Below, piece by piece: positions 55,704-64,000 of a stretch of DNA of 64,000 bases. A program made the position numbers and the translations under genes. The stretch lies in the NCBI GenBank assembly GCA_964057225.1, contig OZ059898.1, positions 19,778,001 through 19,842,000 of the forward strand, given 5' to 3'. This stretch comes from Auanema rhodensis (Eukaryota; Animalia; Nematoda). The notes under the pieces were generated by a model that worked only from the letters and a program-made list of their open reading frames with translations, had not been told where the DNA came from and ran no database searches. How positions within the stretch are numbered: position 1 is the first letter of the stretch; each line of letters opens with the position of its first letter.

Positions 55704-58700
55704 ATAAGTTCACACTTATATCCTCGATTTTCACCCTGAAGAATTAATTTTTTCGTTGAATAACATTGTCCATCGTCTTTGCCTTGTAAAAAGGAATCTA
55801 AAAACATCTACTTTTTGCTAAATTATTCTGAAATTTTTCGAAAAAATTTTTGTCAAAATGTTTTTGGAAGCAAGGTTGAGTGTACTTGGAAACTCAACAT
55901 ACACTAATGCATTATTTTTCAAACGATCATAACTAATTTTTGTATTAAGCGTTTCTCAATGTAGTATAGTGCATTCGATGCGGATTTTTAAGCTGCGTCG
56001 ATCTGTGTTATCAGATTTGCGCTACCTTAAAAATGCACCGAGATATCAACTGATATAAGTTCACACTTATATCCTCGATTTTCACCCTGAAGAATTAATT
56101 TTTTCGTTGAATAACATTGTCCATCGTCTTTGCCTTGAAAAAAGGAATCTAAAAACATTTACTTTTTGCTAAATTATTTTGAAATTTTTTGAAAAAATTT
56201 TTGTCAAAATGTTTTTGGAAGCAAGGTTGAGTGTACATGGAAACTCAACATACACTAATGCATTATTTTTCAAACGATCATAACTAATTTTTGTATTAAG
56301 CGTTTTTCAATGTAGTATAGTGCACTCGATGCGGATTTTTAAGCTGCGTCGATCTGTGTTATCAGATTTGCGCTAGCTTAAAAATGCACCGAGATATCAA
56401 CTGATATAAGTTCACACTTATATCCTCGATTTTCACCCTGAAGAATTAATTTTTTCGTTGAATAACATTGTCCATCGTCTTTGCCTTGAAAAAAGGAATC
56501 TAAAAACATCTACTTTTTGCTAAATTATTTTGAAATTTTTCGAAAAATTTTTGTCAAAATGTTTTTGGAAGCAAGGTTGAGTGTACATGGAAACTCAACA
56601 TAAACTAATGCATCATTTTTCAAACGATCATAACTAATTTTTGTATTAAGCGTTTTTCAATGTAATATAGTGCATTCGATGCGGATTTTTAAGCTGCGTC
56701 GATCTGTGTTATCGGATTTTCGCTAGCTTAAAAATGCACCGAGATATCAACTGATATAAGTTCACACTTATATCCTCGATTTTCACCCTGAAAAATTAAT
56801 TTTTTCGTTGAATAACATTGTCCATCGTCTTTGCCTTGAAAAAAGGAATCTAAAAACATCTACTTTTTGCTAAATTATTTTGAAATTTTTCGAAAAAATT
56901 TTTGTCAAAATGTTTTTGGAAGCAAGGTTGAGTGTACATGGAAACTCAACATACACTAATGCATTATTTTTCAAACGATCATAACTAATTTTTGTATTAA
57001 GCGTTTCTCAATGTAGTATAGTGCATTCGATGCGGATTTTCAAGCTGCGTCGATCTGTGTTATCAGATTTGCGCTAGCTTAAAAATGCACCGAGATATCA
57101 ACTGATATAAGTTCACACTTATATCCTCGATTTTCACCCTGAAGAATTAGTTTTTTCGTTGAATAACATTGTCTATCGTCTTTGCCATGAAAAAAGGAAT
57201 CTAAAAACATCTACTTTTTGCTAAATTATTTTGAAATTTTTCGAAAAAATTTTTGTCAAAATGTTTTTGGAAGCAATATTGAGTGTACATGGAAACTCAA
57301 CATACACTAATGCATTATTTTTCAAACGATCATAACTAATTTTTGTATTAAGCGTTTCTCAATGTAGTATAGTGCATTCGATGCGGATTTTTAAGCTGCG
57401 TCGATCTGTGTTATCAGATTTGCGCTAGCTTAAAAATGCACCGAGATATCAACTGATATAAGTTCACACTTATATCCTCGATTTTCACCCTGAAGAATTA
57501 ATTTTTTCGTTGAATAACATTGTCCATCGTCTTTGCCTTGAAAAAAGGAATCTAAAAACATCTACTTTTTGCTAAATTATTTTGAAATTTTTCGAAAAAA
57601 TTTTTGTCAAAATGTTTTTGGAAGCAAGGTTGAGTGTACATGGAAACTCAACATAAACTAATGCATCATTTTTCAAACGATCATAACTAATTTTTGTATT
57701 AAGCGTTTTTCAATGTAATATAGTGCATTCGATGCGGATTTTTAAGCTGCGTCGATCTGTGTTATCGGATTTTCGCTAGCTTAAAAATGCACCGAGATAT
57801 CAACTGATATAAGTTCACACTTATATCCTCGATTTTCACCCTGAAAAATTAATTTTTTCGTTGAATAACATTGTCCATCGTCTTTGCCTTGAAAAAAGGA
57901 ATCTAAAAACATCTACTTTTTGCTAAATTATTTTGAAATTTTTCGAAAAAATTTTTGTCAAAATGTTTTTGGAAGCAAGGTTGAGTGTACATGGAAACTC
58001 AACATACACTAATGCATTATTTTTCAAACGATCATAACTAATTTTTGTATTAAGCGTTTCTCAATGTAGTATAGTGCATTCGATGCGGATTTTCAAGCTG
58101 CGTCGATCTGTGTTATCAGATTTGCGCTAGCTTAAAAATGCACCGAGATATCAACTGATATAAGTTCACACTTATATCCTCGATTTTCACCCTGAAGAAT
58201 TAGTTTTTTCGTTGAATAACATTGTCTATCGTCTTTGCCTTGAAAAAAGGAATCTAAAAACATCTACTTTTTGCTAAATTATTTTGAAATTTTTCGAAAA
58301 AATTTTTGTCAAAATGTTTTTGGAAGCAATATTGAGTGTACATGGAAACTCAACATACACTAATGCATTATTTTTCAAACGATCATAACTAATTTTTGTA
58401 TTAAGCGTTTTTCAATGTAGTATAGTGCATTCGATGCGGATTTTTAAGCTGCGTCGATCTGTGTTATCAGATTTGCGCTAGCTTAAAAATGCACCGAGAT
58501 ATCAACTGATATAAGTTCACACTTATATCCTCGATTTTCACCCTGAAGAATTAATTTTTTCGTTGAATAACATTGTCCATCGTCTTTGCCTTGAAAAAAG
58601 GAATCTAAAAACATCTACTTTTTGCTAAATTATTTTGAAATTTTTCGAAAAAATTTTTGTCAAAATGTTTTTGGAAGCAAGGTTGAGTGTACATGGAAAC

Positions 58701-61700
58701 TCAACATACACTAATGCATTATTTTTCAAACGATCATAACTAATTTTTGTATTAAGCGTTTCTCAATGTAGTATAGTGCATTCGATGCGGATTTTTAAGC
58801 TGCGTCGATCTGTGTTATCAGATTTGCGCTAGCTTAAAAATGCACCGAGATATCAACTGATATAAGTTCACACTTATATCCTCGATTTTCACCCTGAAGA
58901 ATTAATTTTTTCGTTGAATAACATTGTCCATCGTCTTTGCCTTGTAAAAAGGAATCTAAAAACATCTACTTTTTGCTAAATTATTTTGAAATTTTTCGAA
59001 AAAATTTTTGTCAAAATGTTTTTGGAAGCAAGGTTGAGTGTACTTGGAAACTCAACATACACTAATGCATTATTTTTCAAACGATCATAACTAATTTTTG
59101 TATTAAGCGTTTCTCAATGTAGTATAGTGCATTCGATGCGGATTTTTAAGCTGCGTCGATCTGTGTTATCAGATTTGCGCTAGCTTAAAAATGCACCGAG
59201 ATATCAACTGATATAAGTTCACACTTATATCCTCGATTTTCACCCTGAAGAATTAATTTTTTCGTTGAATAACATTGTCCATCGTCTTTGCCTTGAAAAA
59301 AGGAATCTAAAAACATTTACTTTTTGCTAAATTATTTTGAAATTTTTTGAAAAAATTTTTGTCAAAATGTTTTTGGAAGCAAGGTTGAGTGTACATGGAA
59401 ACTCAACATACACTAATGCATTATTTTTCAAACGATCATAACTAATTTTTGTATTAAGCGTTTTTCAATGTAGTATAGTGCACTCGATGCGGATTTTTAA
59501 GCTGCGTCGATCTGTGTTATCAGATTTGCGCTAGCTTAAAAATGCACCGAGATATCAACTGAAATAAGTTCACACTTATATCCTCGATTTTCACCCTGAA
59601 GAATTAATTTTTTCGTTGAATAACATTGTCCATCGTCTTTGCCTTGAAAAAAGGAATCTAAAAACATCTACTTTTTGCTAAATTATTTTGAAATTTTTCG
59701 AAAAAATTTTTGTCAAAATGTTTTTGGAAGCAAGGTTGAGTGTACATGGAAACTCAACATACACTAATGCATTATTTTTCAAACGATCATAACTAATTTT
59801 TGTATTAAGCGTTTCTCAATGTAGTATAGTGCATTCGATGCGGATTTTCAAGCTGCGTCGATCTGTGTTATCAGATTTGCGCTAGCTTAAAAATGCACCG
59901 AGATATCAACTGATATAAGTTCACACTTATATCCTCGATTTTCACCCTGAAGAATTAATTTTTTCGTTGAATAACATTGTCCATCGTCTTTGCCTTGAAA
60001 AAAGGAATCTAAAAACATCTACTTTTTGCTAAATTATTTTGAAATTTTTCGAAAAAATTTTTGTCAAAATGTTTTTGGAAGCAATATTGAGTGTACATGG
60101 AAACTCAACATACACTAATGCATTATTTTTCAAACGATCATAACTAATTTTTGTATTAAGCGTTTCTCAATGTAGTATAGTGCACTCGATGCGGATTTTT
60201 AAGCTGCGTCGATCTGTGTTATCAGATTTGCGCTAGCTTAAAAATGCACCGAGATATCAACTGATATAAGTTCACACTTATATCCTCGATTTTCACCCTG
60301 AAGAATTAATTTTTTCGTTGAATAACATTGTCCATCGTCTTTGCCTTGAAAAAAGGAATCTAAAAACATCTACTTTTTGCTAAATTATTCTGAAATTTTT
60401 CGAAAAAATTTTTGTCAAAATGTTTTTGGAAGCAAGGTTGAGTGTACATGGAAACTCAACATACACTAATGCATCATTTTTCGAACAATCATAACTAATT
60501 TTTGTATTAAGCGTTTCTCAATGTAATATAGTGCATTCGATGCGGATTTTTAAGCTGCGTCGATCTGTGTTATCGGATTTTCGCTAGCTTAAAAATGCAC
60601 CGAGATATCAACTGATATAAGTTCACACTTATATCCTCGATTTTCACCCTGAAGAATTAATTTTTTCGTTGAATAACATTGTCCATCGTCTTTGCCTTGA
60701 AAAAAGGAATCTAAAAACATCTACTTTTTGCTAAATTATTTTGAAATTTTTCGAAAAAATTTTTGTCAAAATGTTTTTGGAAGCAATGTTGAGTGTACAT
60801 GGAAACTCAACATACACTAATGCATCATTTTTCAAACAATCATAACTAATTTTTGTATTAAGCGTTTCTCAATGTAGTATAGTGCATTCGATGCGGATTT
60901 TTAAGCTGCGTCGATCTGTGTTATCAGATTTGCGCTAGCTTAAAAATGCACCGAGATATCAACTGATATAAGTTCACACTTATATCCTCGATTTTCACCC
61001 TGAAGAATTAATTTTTTCGTTGAATAACATTGTCCATCGTCTTTGCCTTGTAAAAAGGAATCTAAAAACATCTACTTTTTGCTAAATTATTCTGAAATTT
61101 TTCGAAAAAATTTTTGTCAAAATGTTTTTGGAAGCAAGGTTGAGTGTACTTGGAAACTCAACATACCCTAATGCATTATTTTTCAAACGATCATAACTAA
61201 TTTTTGTATTAAGCGTTTCTCAATGTAGTATAGTGCATTCGATGCGGATTTTTAAGCTGCGTCGATCTGTGTTATCAGATTTGCGCTAGCTTAAAAATGC
61301 ACCGAGATATCAACTGATATAAGTTCACACTTATATCCTCGATTTTCACCCTGAAGAATTAATTTTTTTGTTGAATAACATTGTCCATCGTCTTTGCCTT
61401 GTAAAAAGGAATCTAAAAACATTTACTTTTTGCTAAATTATTCTGAAATTTTTCGAAAAAATTTTTGTCAAAATGTTTTTGGAAGCAAGGTTGAGTGTAC
61501 TTGGAAACTCAACATACACTAATGCATTATTTTTCAAACGATCATAACTAATTTTTGTATTAAGCGTTTCTCAATGTAGTATAGTGCATTCGATGCGGAT
61601 TTTTAAGCTGCGTCGATCTGTGTTATCAGATTTGCGCTAGCTTAAAAATGCACCGAGATATCAACTGATATAAGTTCACACTTATATCCTCGATTTTCAC

Positions 61701-64000
61701 CCTGAAGAATTAATTTTTTCGTTGAATAACATTGTCCATCGTCTTTGCCTTGAAAAAAGGAATCTAAAAACATCTACTTTTTGCTAAATTATTTTGAAAT
61801 TTTTCGAAAAAATTTTTGTCAAAATGTTTTTGGAAGCAAGGTTGAGTGTACATGGAAACTCAACATACACTAATGCATTATTTTTCAAACGATCATAACT
61901 AATTTTTGTATTAAGCGTTTCTCAATGTAGTATAGTGCATTCGATGCGGATTTTTAAGCTGCGTCGATCTGTGTTATCAGATTTGCGCTAGCTTAAAAAT
62001 GCACCGAGATATCAACTGATATAAGTTCACACTTATATCCTCGATTTTCACCCTGAAGAATTAATTTTTTCGTTGAATAACATTGTCCATCGTCTTTGCC
62101 TTGAAAAAAGAAATCTAAAAACATTTACTTTTTGCTAAATTATTTTGAAATTTTTTGAAAAAATTTTTGTCAAAATGTTTTTGGAAGCAAGGTTGAGTGT
62201 ACATGGAAACTCAACATACACTAATGCATTATTTTTCAAACGATCATAACTAATTTTTGTATTAAGCGTTTTTCAATGTAGTATAGTGCACTCGATGCGG
62301 ATTTTTAAGCTGCGTCGATCTGTGTTATCAGATTTGCGCTAGCTTAAAAATGCACCGAGATATCAACTGATATAAGTTCACACTTATATCCTCGATTTTC
62401 ACCCTGAAGAATTAATTTTTTCGTTGAATAACAATGTCCATCGTCTTTGCCTTGAAAAAAGGAATCTAAAAACATCTACTTTTTGCTAAATTATTCTGAA
62501 ATTTTTCGAAAAAATTTTTGTCAAAATGTTTTTGGAAGCAAGGTTGAGTGTACATGGAAACTCAACATACACTAATGCATTATTTTTCAAACGATCATAA
62601 CTAATTTTTGTATTAAGCGTTTCTCAATGTAGTATAGTGCATTCGATGCGGATTTTTAAGCTGCGTCGATCTGTGTTATCAGATTTGCGCTAGCTTAAAA
62701 ATGCACCGAGATATCAACTGATATAAGTTCACACTTATATCCTCGATTTTCACCCTGAAGAATTAATTTTTTCGTTGAATAACATTGTCCATCGTCTTTG
62801 CCTTGAAAAAAGAAATCTAAAAACATTTACTTTTTGCTAAATTATTTTGAAATTTTTTGAAAAAATTTTTGTCAAAATGTTTTTGGAAGCAAGGTTGAGT
62901 GTACATGGAAACTCAACATACACTAATGCATTATTTTTCAAACGATCATAACTAATTTTTGTATTAAGCGTTTTTCAATGTAGTATAGTGCACTCGATGC
63001 GGATTTTTAAGCTGCGTCGATCTGTGTTATCAGATTTGCGCTAGCTTAAAAATGCACCGAGATATCAACTGATATAAGTTCACACTTATATCCTCGATTT
63101 TCACCCTGAAGAATTAATTTTTTCGTTGAATAACATTGTCCATCGTCTTTGCCTTGAAAAAAGGACTCTAAAAACATCTACTTTTTGCTAAATTATTTTG
63201 AAATTTTTCGAAAAAATTTTTGTCAAAATGTTTTTGGAAGCAAGGTTGAGTGTACATGGAAACTCAACATAAACTAATGCATCATTTTTCAAACGATCAT
63301 AACTAATTTTTGTATTAAGCGTTTTTCAATGTAATATAGTGCATTCGATGCGGATTTTTAAGCTGCGTCGATCTGTGTTATCGGATTTTCGCTAGCTTAA
63401 AAATGCACCGAGATATCAACTGATATAAGTTCACACTTATATCCTCGATTTTCACCCTGAAAAATTAATTTTTTCGTTGAATAACATTGTCCATCGTCTT
63501 TGCCTTGAAAAAAGGAATCTAAAAACATCTACTTTTTGCTAAATTATTTTGAAATTTTTCGAAAAAATTTTTGTCAAAATGTTTTTGGAAGCAAGGTTGA
63601 GTGTACATGGAAACTCAACATACACTAATGCATTATTTTTCAAACGATCATAACTAATTTTTGTATTAAGCGTTTTTCAATGTAGTATAGTGCATTCGAT
63701 GCGGATTTTTAAGCTGCGTCGATCTGTGTTATCAGATTTGCGCTAGCTTAAAAATGCACCGAGATATCAACTGATATAAGTTCACACTTATATCCTCGAT
63801 TTTCACCCTGAAGAATTAATTTTTTCGTTGAATAACATTGTCCATCGTCTTTGCCTTGAAAAAAGGAATCTAAAAACATCTACTTTTTGCTAAATTATTT
63901 TGAAATTTTTCGAAAAAATTTTTGTCAAAATGTTTTTGGAAGCAAGGTTGAGTGTACATGGAAACTCAACATACACTAATGCATTATTTTTCAAACGATC
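55704..64000. repeat. Segmental duplication copy 2 (truncated by window end)
   Basis: Same ordered private markers as 35347-43643; no differences detected by eye. Confidence 0.92.

Larger units (their letters stand above)
1..64000. repeat. Tandem satellite DNA array, 351-bp monomer, ~182.3 head-to-tail copies; extends beyond both window edges
   Basis: The 'gctaaatt' landmark is at 10, 361, 712 ... 63889 (=10+182x351-3), consistent with exactly three net 1-bp deletions (~1539, ~36190, ~56547). No unique sequence or orientation switch was seen. Monomer 1 has 110/351 G+C. Confidence 0.99.

Noticed and set aside
1-64000. CRISPR array (palindromic repeats at regular spacing)
   Set aside because: There are no unique spacers; the full 351 bp is repeated, and there is no leader or cas gene.
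1-64000. Tandem RNA-gene cluster (5S rRNA, tRNA, snRNA, spliced-leader) or rDNA spacer
   Set aside because: No recognisable conserved sequence, cloverleaf or internal promoter boxes on either strand. Only an Rfam scan could fully exclude an unfamiliar RNA.
1-64000. Technical concatemer (rolling-circle or PCR artefact)
   Set aside because: Variants form recurrent linked haplotypes in ordered, nested blocks with almost no random indels, as expected for a genuine evolving array.

Overview
The whole 64 kb window is one uninterrupted head-to-tail tandem array (satellite DNA) of a 351-bp, AT-rich monomer (~31% GC by hand count of monomer 1). It holds 182 full copies plus 121 bp, all in the same orientation. 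Register arithmetic shows only three net 1-bp deletions (~1539, ~36190, ~56547), and copies otherwise differ by a few substitutions. I found no genes, RNA genes, CRISPR spacers or intact mobile elements; all six frames hit stops inside every monomer. I cannot name the satellite family or host. A eukaryotic, probably invertebrate-type, heterochromatic or centromeric satellite is an inference. There are two layers of structure. (1) The monomer is densely packed with inverted repeats and palindromes, including a TIR-like pair. (2) Diagnostic SNP haplotypes reveal nested higher-order duplications (2-, 3-, 4-, 8-, 15-, 23-, 27/29- and 58-monomer offsets), mosaic monomers and a candidate short conversion tract. 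I found no supportable evidence for a new gene-based system. Notation: pN = position N within the monomer, using window 1-351 as monomer 1. Variant typing was done by eye and should be confirmed by alignment.
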